NCBI GenBank assembly: GCA_963733195.1 | Contig: CAVTCR010000010.1 | Span: 16,283-80,282, forward strand | From: an uncultured delta proteobacterium | GTDB lineage: Bacteria > Desulfobacterota > Binatia > Bin18 | DNA: 64,000 nt | Direction of reading: 5' to 3' | Shown: in pieces, positions 1 through 11,714 of the stretch | Layout of the letters: each line of letters opens with the position of its first letter | Position numbering within the stretch: the stretch's first letter is position 1 | The notes under the pieces: generated by a model | What the model saw: only the letters and a program-made list of their open reading frames with translations | Databases searched by the model: none | Told to the model about the DNA's origin: nothing | Translations under genes and position numbers: made by a program

Positions 1-103
1 GGTGTATGCTGAAGGAAAGACGCTCACCCTGGACCAAGGTGGGTCAGCATCAACCACTGCGTTCTGTGCGGCAGTACGAGAATGTCTGGGAAAGAACCGC
101 TAA
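1..103 (+). CDS. 3' end of isocitrate/isopropylmalate dehydrogenase family protein (partial)
   Basis: Frame from base 2 reads VYAEGKTLTLDQGGSASTTAFCAAVRECLGKNR*, matching the family C-terminal 'EGKxLTxDxGGxAST' motif. Confidence 0.7.
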   Translation, partial: VYAEGKTLTLDQGGSASTTAFCAAVRECLGKNR

Positions 104-132
104 GGAAAAACGCGCGGGGATGGAGCTAACGA

Positions 133-288
133 CTATCCCTGCGCCTTATTGCGGGCCTTGGTGATGACCACCACTTCCTGACCATTCACACGAACCATCC
201 GACGATCAGATGTATTTTGCTGGGGAACTTTGCGGGTACGAGTTTCCCGCCATTGTTTGAGTTGCTTCACTAGTTCGTTTTCGCTCAC
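133..288 (-). CDS. Small basic hypothetical protein (~51 aa) downstream of rpoD
   Basis: GGAGGAG RBS just before GTG at 288 within ORF 133..333; co-oriented with and 34 bp after the rpoD stop. Confidence 0.45.
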   Translation of the reverse strand: MSENELVKQLKQWRETRTRKVPQQNTSDRRMVRVNGQEVVVITKARNKAQG

Positions 289-322
289 AGGTCTCCTCCG
301 GTCGGTCGGTGTGACCGCCTTG

Positions 323-2083
323 TTATGCGTCAATAAACGCTTCTAAACTCTTGGCGCGAGATGGATTACGCAGTTTCCGCAGGGCTTTGGCTTCGATTTG
401 GCGGATGCGTTCTCGCGTTACGGCGAAACGCTGTCCGACCTCTTCTAGCGTATAATCAGTCTTTTCATCGATTCCAAAACGCATCCGTAAGATTTGTTCT
501 TCACGGGGCGTAAGGGTGGCGAGTACTTTGCGGGTCTGCTCCTCTAGACTCAACGCCATTGCTGCATCCGCCGGTGACAATGTTTGCCGGTCCTCGACAA
601 AGTCTCCGAGCGAACTCTCTTCATCATCGCCAATCGGTGTTTCGAGCGACACCGGTTCTTTTACGATCTTGAGGACCTTGCGTACCTTATCGGCAGGAAC
701 TTCCATTTGTGTAGCAATTTCTTCCGGGGACGGCTCCCGACCCAATTGCTGCACCAGATACCGCGAGGTGCGCAGGACTTTATTGATCGTCTCAATCATA
801 TGGACTGGGATACGAATCGTCCGTGCTTGATCAGCAATCGCACGGCTCACTGACTGTCGTATCCACCAAGTGGCGTAGGTCGAGAATTTATACCCACGTT
901 GGTATTCAAATTTTTCTACCGCACGCATGAGGCCGATATTGCCTTCTTGAATGAGGTCTAAGAAGCCGAGACCACGGTTGACGTAGCGTTTGGCAATACT
1001 CACAACGAGACGGAGATTGGCCTCAATTAGGCGGCGCTTCCCTTCTTGTGCTTGATATTCACCGCGGGCAATAATCATCAACGATCGTCGCAGGTCCTCA
1101 TAGCTGGTGCCAAGTTCGCCTTCGATCCTTGTTATTTCCTTGCGGACATCTTGGATAATGGTGCTGGCATCAACCATCCGTTGCGATTGCGTTTTGCCTA
1201 GTTCTGCAGCAAGAGTTGTTGCCCGACGGCCACCTGCCTTCAGTGTTCGTGCCAACGCAAGGATGTCCGGGGCTTTCCGGCGGAAGTGCTCTTCTTGATC
1301 CTGAATCAACCGTTGCTGATGGGCAAGCGAGAAACCAAACTCTTTAAGCTTCTCTGCAATAGTCGTGATATGGCGACGGCCTAGTGGAAGGCTGCTCAGC
1401 GCAGCTTCGACTTTATGGCGAATGTCGACGAGCTTCTTTCCTGCTTTTTCTTTGTCTTTCAGCGTCAACCGCTTGTGGACATACTCTTCTGCCACTTCCC
1501 ATTCGCGCGCAAATCGTTTCAGAGGAGCCATCCGGCTCAAGAAAAGCTCAATCCGATGGTCTTCCTTCGCTTCCGCATTATCAACCGCCTCTTCTTCTTC
1601 ATCTCCGAAAACATGCCGAGCTTCGACTTCTCCTTGTTTCAGTCGGTCGCCAAGGGAAAGGACGTAGCGCAACGCCAAGGGCACAGAAAAAACTTCTCGA
1701 CGAACCTGCGTCTCTCCTGCCTCGATTTCCTTGGCAATAGCAACTTCTTCCTCGCGACTCAGCAAGGGAATATTGCCCATTTCTTGCAGGTACATGCGGA
1801 CAGGGTCAGAGGTATCACCTATCGTAGGTTCCTCTGGAGTCACAACTTCCTCTTCCCACTCTTCCTCTTCCCGTTTGGGCAGGTCGATTCCCAACGTGCT
1901 TTCGTCGTCCATCACGTCAACGGGTTCAATATCCATTTCTTCAAAAATGGATATGACACCATCGATTTCTTCTGTGGGGGATACTTCAGTGGATAGGGGA
2001 TGAGCAGTCTCTGAGGCGCCCATGAGTCCTTTTTCAGAGGAACGCGGAGCTACCTCGATTCTTTTTTCTTTCCCTTTTTTCAT
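323..2083 (-). CDS. rpoD: RNA polymerase sigma factor RpoD/sigma-70 (group 1-like paralog)
   Basis: [11 protein letters not shown] (1.2), [10 protein letters not shown] and [11 protein letters not shown] (2), [24 protein letters not shown] (4). Confidence 0.93.
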   Translation of the reverse strand: MKKGKEKRIEVAPRSSEKGLMGASETAHPLSTEVSPTEEIDGVISIFEEMDIEPVDVMDDESTLGIDLPKREEEEWEEEVVTPEEPTIGDTSDPVRMYLQEMGNIPLLSREEEVAIAKEIEAGETQVRREVFSVPLALRYVLSLGDRLKQGEVEARHVFGDEEEEAVDNAEAKEDHRIELFLSRMAPLKRFAREWEVAEEYVHKRLTLKDKEKAGKKLVDIRHKVEAALSSLPLGRRHITTIAEKLKEFGFSLAHQQRLIQDQEEHFRRKAPDILALARTLKAGGRRATTLAAELGKTQSQRMVDASTIIQDVRKEITRIEGELGTSYEDLRRSLMIIARGEYQAQEGKRRLIEANLRLVVSIAKRYVNRGLGFLDLIQEGNIGLMRAVEKFEYQRGYKFSTYATWWIRQSVSRAIADQARTIRIPVHMIETINKVLRTSRYLVQQLGREPSPEEIATQMEVPADKVRKVLKIVKEPVSLETPIGDDEESSLGDFVEDRQTLSPADAAMALSLEEQTRKVLATLTPREEQILRMRFGIDEKTDYTLEEVGQRFAVTRERIRQIEAKALRKLRNPSRAKSLEAFIDA

Positions 2084-2437
2084 AAAAGGTTATGCCCTCT
2101 CGCGCATTGGATGTGCGTGGGTAAAGATCTCCCCTTCCCCCTTTAGTCGAGAGAAGAAAGAAGTACAGCGGTGACCACAAACGTTCGTACGCAAGCTTTT
2201 TACTGTATGATTGGGGAGGCTTTCTCCCGAAGTATTATCTCGCAGGAGAATGAAAGTCACTTCAATCTTAGGTATGAGATAGAGGACAGTCAAGGGAGCA
2301 TACAAATATTCTCCTCTATCACATCGTAGGTGCATTTGTGTTGTCTCTGAATCCGGACCTGCTCCTCTTGTCCTTACTTCTCTGGTGGGAATCGGCACAT
2401 TTATCCTTTTCTTGATCAGCTCTTACCCAGGAAAGCG

Positions 2438-3256
2438 TCAACCGAGGGTCCCTTTTACCGCCTTAGCTGCCCCGATCGCTGTCGCGTATTCTGCATAGGG
2501 CGGAACAATGACATTTTCCCCACGGCGAGGCTGCATAGCTTCAAAGCGATCGCGAAGTGGTTTCACCCGTGTCAGTTTCCCGGTGAGAACAATCTCATGG
2601 TGTTGGCGAGCACGGGCTGCCATAAGGCTTAGCGTAAACGTCACCTCAGCTACCATATTGACCAAGGCTAACGCCTTATCTGCCTGAGTCGGATCAGACC
2701 GGACTTTCCCGAAATTACTGGCAGTCGCTGTCGCCGGAACAATACCAACCGGCCCACCAGCAATATCTCCGACGGTTAAGTCAACCCGGCTTAAATCCCC
2801 ATGCGTTGCAAGTTGTTCAAGTGTATCAAGACGAGACACTCCTAGTAGGTGACGGGCAAGCCCTAGTAACGTCCCACCGCCAACTCCAGTACCGCCAACA
2901 TGTTCGATGTTCTCATTACGGACGGATACCAGTGCCGTACCGGTTCCCAACGAAACGACTAGCGCTTCATTCTTTTCCGCTAATGTACTCCCACCGACCC
3001 CAATAGCGGTGATCTCGGGCACGTTCACCACCGGCACGCCAAAGAGCTGATCCTGTAAACAGCGCGCCCCTCCACCACTCGCCGCAATAGCGCGAATACT
3101 GGATAAGTTTCCCCCTGCTGTGCTCAGCAGCTTTCCCAATGCTCCCGCCGCAGCAGCAAGCGGGTCGCCAGTCTCGATCGTCACAACAATAATCTCTTCC
3201 CCGTCTACCAACACCGCATCCGTCGTTGAACCCCCAATGTCGATACCAACAATCAT
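2438..3256 (-). CDS. Type II (Fumble/CoaW-like) pantothenate kinase, ASKHA family
   Basis: GIDIGGSTT phosphate loop, GGTGVGGGT, DLTVGDI and ASNFGK motifs. Confidence 0.8.
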   Translation of the reverse strand: MIVGIDIGGSTTDAVLVDGEEIIVVTIETGDPLAAAAGALGKLLSTAGGNLSSIRAIAASGGGARCLQDQLFGVPVVNVPEITAIGVGGSTLAEKNEALVVSLGTGTALVSVRNENIEHVGGTGVGGGTLLGLARHLLGVSRLDTLEQLATHGDLSRVDLTVGDIAGGPVGIVPATATASNFGKVRSDPTQADKALALVNMVAEVTFTLSLMAARARQHHEIVLTGKLTRVKPLRDRFEAMQPRRGENVIVPPYAEYATAIGAAKAVKGTLG

Positions 3257-4450
3257 TGAACCACCCTTCTTACTAGGGGGTCGGCCCCTAACAGATTTCG
3301 TCGATACACTGCTATTTGCTGCTTGCGCTCAGGACTGTACTCGCGCCATTTTTTCTCTGTGACTTCGTCTGGGAGTAACTCGACGAAATCCGTGTCGCTC
3401 GAAGAGCCGCTGTGCTCCCTCTTGGGTTGTACAGGCAAAAATGTAGGTTAAATGTTGTTGTTCTCCTTCAGCAACCATGTGGTCAACTAATCGCCCACCG
3501 ATCCCTTCGCCTTGGTAACGAGTGATAGTTGAAAGGCCAACAATCTCCACAGCACCCGCCTCTGGATAAGGCAAAAGCGCACAGAAACCCGCCAGCTCCC
3601 CAGGCGCAGGTCCGACTCTGGCCCCATATCCATGCAACAGCAATAAGGTAGTTTCATGTGGGGATCGTGGCTTGAGATAGCCTTCTCGTTCACCGCGTTG
3701 TAGAAGCTGTTCTACTTCACGAAAATCATCAATGCCTAACTTTTCCACCTGACAATAGTCCGTCAAGGTAAACAGGGTTCCGTCGCCTTCATAGGTGAAT
3801 AGTTCACGGCCGAGCCCAGCCAACGGACAAAGAGTGACTGAGGATATCCCTCCCTCCAGCACCTTGTAGATGGCTTCCAGTAACGGACGTCGGGTTACCA
3901 ATCCTGCCCACTCGGCTGCGCCTGGGCGAAGCAACTCTTGCAACACGGCACCATTCATAAACGAGAGCGATCTTCCGCCAGTGGATACTCCTCCAACTGG
4001 ATCGATAAACACCACCTTGTATACTCGCAAATTGACCGCAACCCGTTGCGCCGCTGTCACGAGAGGGACAGTAGTCCCGGCAGGCCAGAGGCTCACACAG
4101 ACCTCGCTTCCGCGCAAGACAGTCCAGATCGGTAACAGCAGATCGTCGTCGGTGCCATCCGCAGGTAAAACAACAAGTGACGGATATGCGACTTTCGCTA
4201 CGCGTGCCAGGTGTTTATACAGCGCTCGCACCCGCCGCTGCTCACTCTCAGTGTCAGCAGCTTCGATGAGAAAGAGCAATTGCGTCTCATTCTTTAACAG
4301 AGTCTCAAACACTTCGAGCGCAGCAGTCACCTCCGTTTCAGATGCAAGGTCTGCTGCACGAATCACAAACAGTAAGCTCTTCTCGTGGAATTCGTCGAGG
4401 TAGAAGTCTTTCTCAGCAAACGACAGGGTAGAAACTTTGCTTCGTCTCAT
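3253..4450 (-). CDS. argA: Amino-acid N-acetyltransferase ArgA-like (kinase-like + GNAT); one frameshift near 3' end
   Basis: ELFTYEGDGT linker, GNAT motif YQGEGIGG; tail continues in ORF 3253..3438 (PDEVTEKKWREYSPER) to a stop overlapping the next start. Confidence 0.7.
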
Positions 4451-7400
4451 TGCACTGTGCCACCAGTACTAGAGGATCGCACGAGTTCCGTTGCAATAAA
4501 GTGGCGTTCTTCGTCCCTCCAGGCAGATGTCCTGACCTCACCAGAACGAACATAGACAACGGCAACCTCTTGCACTGGGCGCCTAGTCAATCGTTCAAGT
4601 GCAAACGCGTGGAGGAACAGGGGAGTTTCCTTCCCATCCTTCACCATTTGCGATTGTCCAGCAGGCATGGGATCGAGGAGAAAGCTCCCAACAACCCAGG
4701 CATCACCAACGATGAACGCAAGGTCAATAGTTCCACTCCAGAGACGGCCCTCGTAATGCAATGTAAACGGAAGCCCCACCCACCGCTCATGCGCCTCGTA
4801 CGCACGGGCAAACAAGGAGGTAGTGCGTAGAGACAGTAACAGATGTTCAAGTTCATGTTGCTCTGCCACCGTGTTCCCAACAGTTCTAGCGATCTCACTT
4901 CTGCTTTTCTCTGGATGAGCAAACATCTCTTGCACAGCTTTCCACAAGGTAATGCGTAGTGTCGAGGCAGATAGGAAGCTTTCCCCTCGTCCAACGTCAG
5001 CAGTAAGAATGCGTTGCGGAAGGTCCCTGAGCATTGACATCGTATCACGTTCCTTGTGTTCACACCCTTTTTCTGTGGTAGCACGCCGTTCAGCGTTCCA
5101 GTGTTCATAGGCACGCAAGACCGCAGCATTCGGCAGCACGTTCGTTATCATAGGTGGTGGTGGAAGCGAGGGTACTACCTGTTCGATACTCGCAGGATCA
5201 ATATGGTAGGTATACACATACGCCCCAGTTACAGGGAACGAAAAGGAACTCTCCGGTCCCCGTGCATCGTCATTTTTCTCCTCTGTTTGCTCACCAACGT
5301 CACTGACTTCTCGCTCTATGTGCGGCCAGATCGGCATAAGAAGATGGTCACGGACTCGCGCAGCTGCCACGTATCGTAACCGCCATTCTTCTGCCAACTC
5401 GCGTGCCTGTTCGCGTGACTCCGCCTTCTGCCACCCCCGTGTAGTACATGTCAAGGTCTGGGGACCAATACGCAGTTCTAATGTTCCACTCAAACGTTCG
5501 ACAATGCCAGTTTTACTCGTTCGCCCTCGGCCAGGATCGTCAGTCATATCAGCGAGTATGACGACGGGAAACTCTAACCCCTTGGCTTTGTGAACGGTCA
5601 ACAGTCGTACGACGTTGTCATCTTCTTCGGTGAGAAATGCTTCCTCTTCTTCTCCAGTCACATACTGCTGGGCAAGAAAGCGGTTCAAGGCTGCCAGTGT
5701 TGGTACTCCGCGAGTCGCCAGCGCCTGCGCGATATCAATCAATTTGAGCAGATTCGCTACGCGTTGCGCCCCATGTGGACGTAAAGCAAAGAGAGGTACC
5801 AGATGGGTGTCTCTATAGACCTTATACAGCAATGCAACAGGACTCAGCTCAGCCGCATCCGTGTACAGCGCGCGTAAGGTTGCAAAAGCCGTCGTAAAAC
5901 GACTAGCCGAGGGAAGTACATCGGGTACTGCGGGCTGCAGTGCGTCAAATTTTCCTCCTTCACTCACAAACTGTGTCAATTCTTCGTCACTAAAACCGAA
6001 GACACTTGAGCGCAACACGGCAACGACAATGGCAGGATCGGTCGGTCGTTCTATCGCGAGGAGTAATACCCGAAGATCCTCAACTTCTTGCCGGCTAGTA
6101 TAACGCCGTCCCCCTAACACTCGATATGGGATGCCCGCGTTAGCAAACGCCTCTTCATACGCTCCCATCGCCCGATAGGTACGGAAGAGTACGGCTACGT
6201 CACGATATTCTTTCGCCTGATCTCCCCACACCGCAAGCGAGCCGTACGTCACCGCCTGTTTTAGCATTGCTGCAACGGTTCGCGCTTCGGCGCGTCGCAA
6301 CTCATCCTTCGTCGCGCGTACCGGTACCACCTTCGCTGGGATCGGAACCGCGATGAGTTCCCGTCCGGTCACTTCTTTGCGAGTTGCTAATAAGGGCTGA
6401 TAGGTAGGCTGATCGCTACGAGTTCCTGCAAAAGCCGAAGCAAACGTATCGTTCATCCAGTCAAGTACCGGAGCACGCGTACGAAAGTTATTCTCCAAGA
6501 TGAGCACTGCTCCTTGTTGAGCGATTGCGGTACGGACTTGCGAGTACACTTCCAGATCCGCTCGCCGAAACCGATAGATCGACTGCTGTGGGTCACCGAC
6601 CAGAAACAACTTCCCAGGCCGAAGTGTTACATCCATCCATTCGGAGGCTCGCGGTTCTTGCTCAGCGAGGAAAAAAACGATCTCTGCTTGCAAAGGGTCG
6701 GTGTCCTGGAATTCATCAACGAGCAGGTAATCAAACCGTCGCTGAAAATAGCGACGAACATCAAGATTAGTCTTCACCAAATCTCTGGTCACAAGTAGGA
6801 GGTCAGTAAAGTCGAGCTGACTCTGCTCGTGTTTCTTTTCGTTATACGTCTGTAGATACCCTTCAAGCCATTGTACCAAGCCGATGGAAAGATTATGAAA
6901 CCAGCGGCTACGAGCCTCGGTATAGAGTTCAGCCAACTGACGAAAGAGTACTCGTACTTCGTCGAGAACAGAGGCGGGTCGCCAGTTTGCTTTTGTTCCG
7001 CTGGTTGCACTTGCGACAATGTCATGGGGTTCATGCAAAAGGAAGTGTTCCCACGATCCCAGATCTTCGTCTTTTGGGACGAGAGTTTCTAACCGCTGAA
7101 CATGTGCAAAGGCACGGTCAGCAGATGTTCGACAGGATGATTTCCGACAGCAGAGCTGCGCAAGGAGCTGGGGAACCGCCGCGTGTAACTCAGCAAGAGG
7201 TGATGGAACTGGAGCAGGTAGTAAGGTTAGACAGTCACGATGTTCAAGAACAAAGTTGCGCAACGTCTCGATGTGAGTCAGGGTCAAACCGGCTCGGAGC
7301 GCTTGTTTGAGAACGGTCGGACTGCGATCCATCTCTGTGCTAACCATTCCCGCCACACTTCTGTTTGCACGAGATTGGCCTCGAATTGACTCAGGGTTGA

Positions 7401-7784
7401 GAAGTAAGGATCAACCCGAGCCTCAACCGGGCGTTCGCGGAGAAGGGCCGCACAGAAGGCATGGACAGTAGCAATCTGTGCACGGTCGAGTTGCCATCGG
7501 GCGTTACGCAGATTTGTGTATTCTTCTTCAGTCAACGGTCCGGCTAAGGCGAGCTCAAGTTCGGCACGGAGACGCACACGGATCTCCGCAGCTGACTTTT
7601 CACTGAAAGTAATTGCGGCAAGGCGATCTACTCGACTCCGTCCACTACGCAACAAAGACAAGAGACGAGTGAGAAGAACAGTGGTCTTCCCCGTTCCTGC
7701 TCCAGCTTCAACCAAAAAGGTTGTCGTCAATTCCTTAGCGGCGCGTCGCCGAGCTTCGACATCGGCACGTGCGGTATCACTCAT
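4447..7784 (-). CDS. addA: AddA-like UvrD helicase/nuclease; frameshift near 7340
   Basis: Walker A AGAGTGKT and ITFSEKSA in 7284..7784; DEFQD, VGDPQQSIYRFR, NFRT, TVHKAKGLEFPVV in 4447..7356; ATG 7784 overlaps the addB stop. Confidence 0.88.
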
Positions 7785-10700
7785 GGTGTGCTTTTTGCTT
7801 TCTGGAGAAAAGCAAGTCGTGCATCGCCCTGTTTTCGAGCTGTACGTGTTTCTGCCTGTGACCCACAAATCAGCGGGAAAGGACACGGACGACACGAATC
7901 TGGAGTATTGGGAAAACACCCAGTCCGAATACCGTGGGTAATCGCCCCGACCAATGTCTGCAGCACCTCCAGTTCTTCCGACCACGTATCAGGTGAGAAT
8001 GTTGACGTATTCTCCTTGCGTACGGCTGCTGGCCGTAGGGTAACGTATTCTGCCCCCACCCACTGCAAATCTGGCCGCAAGAGGCGGGCGGCAAAAAGGT
8101 ACAATGGAAGCTGTAGCGCCATACCACCTGCGAAACGTCCGCGAATCGGCTTGCCACTTTTGTAGTCGAGGATACGGGCCTGTTGCCCGTCGGACGTGAT
8201 ATCAATGCGATCGATGCGACCATGGATAAAAACCGGGTCTGCCTCATTTCCGACCAACGACATGAGTTGGGCAGGAAAAAACGGCGCTTCTAGACTCGCT
8301 TCTTCCCGCCCAAAAGGAATCTCGAAACCAATAGGAACGAATGTATCGTCGCGTTCGTATTCCCACTGCAGAAGAAAGAGAAGCTGCGCTCGTATGCGCT
8401 CCTGTTCTAGTTCCCACAGCAGAGGGAGTCCGGTGACTTTTGTCCGTGCAAAAGTAGCACAGTGTATATCAGCCACCTCTGTCAGTAAGCGACGAAGAGG
8501 TTCCTGGGGTTGAGAACGGACAGGAAGCCGATGTTCCCGTTGTAGACGCGAAAAGAAATCGTGCAGAATCATATGCAACAAGGTCCCGCGGTCGCGAGGT
8601 CGAATCGTCAGGAGCTGCTCCGGATCATCTTGCACTGAGAGCCCTAAGATTGCCGTGAGGAAATAGCGGAACGGGCAACGGGCATAGGTTTCCAAAGCAC
8701 TCACCGAGAGCAACATCCGTGTGGGAAACAGATACGTGTTCAGTTTCGTCGTGGTCGTCTCTTCTGTCAACACACCATCGAATGCAGTTAGGAACGGTAA
8801 ATCCCATCGTTGATGTATGGCGGTAAGCGCCGAGGAAAAAAATGGTGCTGTTCCAGGAAGATACCCGAGCAGTGACGAATTGCCCGTTTCCTGTGACCGC
8901 GCAACACTCGCCCAGTGAAATTCAATAGTATCGAGGGCTGTCGATGGTGGATCACTCCATAGTGGAGAGAGCGGGACGTGAACACACCAGTCTTTTAACT
9001 CTGGCAGAGACACCGACTGTCCACTCAACGCTTCAACGACACGGAGCAGATAGGTAGAGGGGACTTGTACTCGCCCGCTCGCTTGATCTTGACGGGCGTA
9101 GGTGAATACCACGTATTCAGTCGCACTTTGGAGTGTCAAGGCAAAGGCAAGGCGTTCTTCTTCCACGACCCGGTTCCGTTGCCGCAAATCGCAGAGTAAC
9201 ACCTCACTGAGATGCTGACGTTCACTATCGAAAAGCAGCGGATCCTGACGGACAGTCTGAGGAAATTGTCCCTCAACCATTCCGGGAATAATCACTGCAC
9301 GAAATTGCATCCCCTGTGCGGACGCGAGATCACCGACAAACACCTTGCTGGTCGGCTCGTCGTTCGCAAGCACTGCTGGAGTCGATGCCAAAGCATCCGT
9401 CACAATTTTCCCCCACTCTCTGAGAGAGATGGATTCATCTAACAGCGTAAGCTGTCCCAGTCGTGCGAATACCGCTGCAACTTGGTCAGTATACAAAGAC
9501 GGCGAAACATAACGAGACAACACCGCACGCATCTGTACTTCCCATCCGTTCCAGCTATTGAGGCGCGGCAGGTGTTCTGTGTCAGCAAGAAAGTCTTCCA
9601 TGAATTCGATAAAGGTACGAAGTACCTGTTGATCAACAAGTTCTTGCGGACTCGTCTCGGTATCGTCAGGCACATTGCGGGCTTGGAGCTGTGCCAAGCG
9701 TGTACGCCACTCCTCAGCTCCTCTTACTATCCCTGCTTCTTGTGACAGGAGGTCCCATCGTGCCAGTTGCGCATACATTGCTGATGCACCCAGAAGTTCA
9801 GAAAAGGGTGGACGAGCAACACTGAGAAACTCCAATACGCGAGTGCGCGCGTACTCCTCAGCCAACACTCGCCAGAGCAAGGACACACTTTGACCGGCTT
9901 GCGTCTGTAACAACGAGAGGCCTTTCGTAAAAGAACAGGGGACACCGAGTGCGGTCAGGGTTTCGTAGAACAATGGTCCATGTATCCCGAGATTCGGAAC
10001 GAAGATGGCGATTTCATCGAAGCGAAGATTGCGTTCACGAACAAGCGTAAAAATGACCCGAGCAATCTCACGGACCTCACGACTAACAGTCGGTGCCGAA
10101 AGCAATAACACCGAGTGATCATATTTTTGACGTTTCTCATCCACCAAAAAAGAAATCGGCTCAAAAAGTCGCGTTTGCAATTGCGTCAGACTCGTTTGCG
10201 GCGTGCCTTCAGCACTGAGTGTTGTACGGTGAAATCCAAGACTCGTCAGCCACCCGAGCGAAGCGGTTGCAGCTTCATATGCAGCCCCAGGGCGCCATGG
10301 GAAGAAGACCAGAGTGTCACGATCTCGCACGGCCATTTCAACAACATGTTGTTGGAGAGGTGAGAAGTCGCTAAAGCCGTATATCAAGAGCGGGGTCGTC
10401 TCATGGCATTCCTCGAGCACAGATGCCGCACGCTCCAAGATATCCGCATCATCGTACAAATGCTGTGCAGCAAGAAACTGGGCATAGCTCGTATACAGCT
10501 CCTGTAAACTTTCGCTTCGTTGTTGGTAGACTCCGGTTGGATGCGTCCGATCGAGGAAGTACTGCAACCCCTGCGGCGAGATTCGTGCCTGTTTGAACTC
10601 TTGGAGAGTCATCACCACATGGCGAAGGAAACCTGGTTGGGAAGCCAGTACAGAGAAGTAGTTCTGTGCACCAGCGTCAGCAAGCAATTTCTTGATGACT

Positions 10701-10981
10701 AACGAAGCAGTCAAAGAGGAGAGCGGTTGCCGCTTTTCCTGCAGCAGCGCATGTTCAGCCCTATCTTTGGCAAACTCACTCAGGGTGAAGACATGAAGTC
10801 CAAGATACCCATCCCCTGCTTTCGCCACGGCTTGTTGTAAATGTGCAGCAAGGAATTCATGCGGTACGAGAATGGTTACGGGTAGCAGCACATCAGCCGC
10901 CTTGAGCGTTTGCACTGCCGTCACCAGGGCATTCTGCAAAACAGTGAACGACTCACTCACAAACAGACGCTGTTGCGGCAT
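7781..10981 (-). CDS. addB: AddB-like PD-(D/E)XK nuclease subunit with Fe-S cysteines
   Basis: LSVSALETYARCPFRYF, GRIDRID, ILDYKSG, QLPLY, CRPCPFPLIC; directly upstream of addA. Confidence 0.87.
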   Translation of the reverse strand: MPQQRLFVSESFTVLQNALVTAVQTLKAADVLLPVTILVPHEFLAAHLQQAVAKAGDGYLGLHVFTLSEFAKDRAEHALLQEKRQPLSSLTASLVIKKLLADAGAQNYFSVLASQPGFLRHVVMTLQEFKQARISPQGLQYFLDRTHPTGVYQQRSESLQELYTSYAQFLAAQHLYDDADILERAASVLEECHETTPLLIYGFSDFSPLQQHVVEMAVRDRDTLVFFPWRPGAAYEAATASLGWLTSLGFHRTTLSAEGTPQTSLTQLQTRLFEPISFLVDEKRQKYDHSVLLLSAPTVSREVREIARVIFTLVRERNLRFDEIAIFVPNLGIHGPLFYETLTALGVPCSFTKGLSLLQTQAGQSVSLLWRVLAEEYARTRVLEFLSVARPPFSELLGASAMYAQLARWDLLSQEAGIVRGAEEWRTRLAQLQARNVPDDTETSPQELVDQQVLRTFIEFMEDFLADTEHLPRLNSWNGWEVQMRAVLSRYVSPSLYTDQVAAVFARLGQLTLLDESISLREWGKIVTDALASTPAVLANDEPTSKVFVGDLASAQGMQFRAVIIPGMVEGQFPQTVRQDPLLFDSERQHLSEVLLCDLRQRNRVVEEERLAFALTLQSATEYVVFTYARQDQASGRVQVPSTYLLRVVEALSGQSVSLPELKDWCVHVPLSPLWSDPPSTALDTIEFHWASVARSQETGNSSLLGYLPGTAPFFSSALTAIHQRWDLPFLTAFDGVLTEETTTTKLNTYLFPTRMLLSVSALETYARCPFRYFLTAILGLSVQDDPEQLLTIRPRDRGTLLHMILHDFFSRLQREHRLPVRSQPQEPLRRLLTEVADIHCATFARTKVTGLPLLWELEQERIRAQLLFLLQWEYERDDTFVPIGFEIPFGREEASLEAPFFPAQLMSLVGNEADPVFIHGRIDRIDITSDGQQARILDYKSGKPIRGRFAGGMALQLPLYLFAARLLRPDLQWVGAEYVTLRPAAVRKENTSTFSPDTWSEELEVLQTLVGAITHGIRTGCFPNTPDSCRPCPFPLICGSQAETRTARKQGDARLAFLQKAKSTP

Positions 10982-11036
10982 ACGTTTGTGCCTAGAGGTT
11001 TCTCAGGCCGTTGGCAAGAACCTCTCCTGCTTCAAA

Positions 11037-11092
11037 TCCCACAACTTTCCCATAACTTTCCCACAACTTCCTGCTCGTTTCGTACATCTTCT
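11037..11092 (+). promoter_or_regulatory. Conserved promoter-like module copy 1: 3x 11-bp direct repeat + CATCTTCT box
   Basis: TCCCACAACTT/TCCCATAACTT/TCCCACAACTT at 11037-11069; CATCTTCT at 11085; same module at 13587 and 21137. Confidence 0.75.
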
Positions 11093-11239
11093 CCGTGCAT
11101 GACGCCGATCCTGCAAGGAGCACGCACGATGAACAGCGCAATTCGCGCTCCGCCTCCGATCATCAGCAAAACCGGCGCGGAACAACGACAGAACAATAAA
11201 CACTCAAGCAACACAATCCACAGTAAGGAAAATACAATT

Positions 11240-11704
11240 ATGAAACACACATCTTCATGGGATTTCGTCGCTGGCTACTCACCAGTGCTCTCACCTTGGG
11301 TCATAAGCACCATCGCTATGGTGAACACCCCTGGTTTCGCACAAGTCATTCCTGGCGATCCTGACCACCTCAAGTGTTACGAAGTGATTCAGGACCAAAA
11401 TCCTGCGGGCCAAAACGAAGTGGATCTGGTCAATAAATTTGGATTGGAACCTGGCTGCCACGTCGGCAAAAAGGCACGCCGTTACTGCACCCCAGCCCGC
11501 AAGTTCATTGAAGGTGGCAATGGCGATGACCCGCGGGGCGTTGCCCTCAACACCGACTTTACCTGTTATCGACTCGAATGCCCAGACAGTCCCATTCGAG
11601 AGTTAGCCATCGATGACCAGTTCGGCAACCGCCACATCCGCATCGACGATGCCGTGATGCTGTGCACGCCAACGGAGTTGGAGGGAGTGCAGGTAGAGGA
11701 CTAA
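11240..11704 (+). CDS. Exported Cys-rich hypothetical protein (DHxKCY...DQFG...LCTP module, DUF7450-like)
   Basis: TAAGGA RBS before ATG 11240; hydrophobic segment ending GFA-Q; two-fold internal pattern (CY..NKFG..YCTP / CY..DQFG..LCTP). Confidence 0.65.
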   Translation: MKHTSSWDFVAGYSPVLSPWVISTIAMVNTPGFAQVIPGDPDHLKCYEVIQDQNPAGQNEVDLVNKFGLEPGCHVGKKARRYCTPARKFIEGGNGDDPRGVALNTDFTCYRLECPDSPIRELAIDDQFGNRHIRIDDAVMLCTPTELEGVQVED

Positions 11705-11714
11705 ACCATCAATA

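Noticed and set aside
2090-2398. 102-aa ORF upstream of rpoD
   Set aside because: No motifs or recognisable family; more likely promoter/UTR DNA
7284-7356. Programmed frameshift in addA
   Set aside because: No slippery heptamer seen and similar indels occur throughout the window
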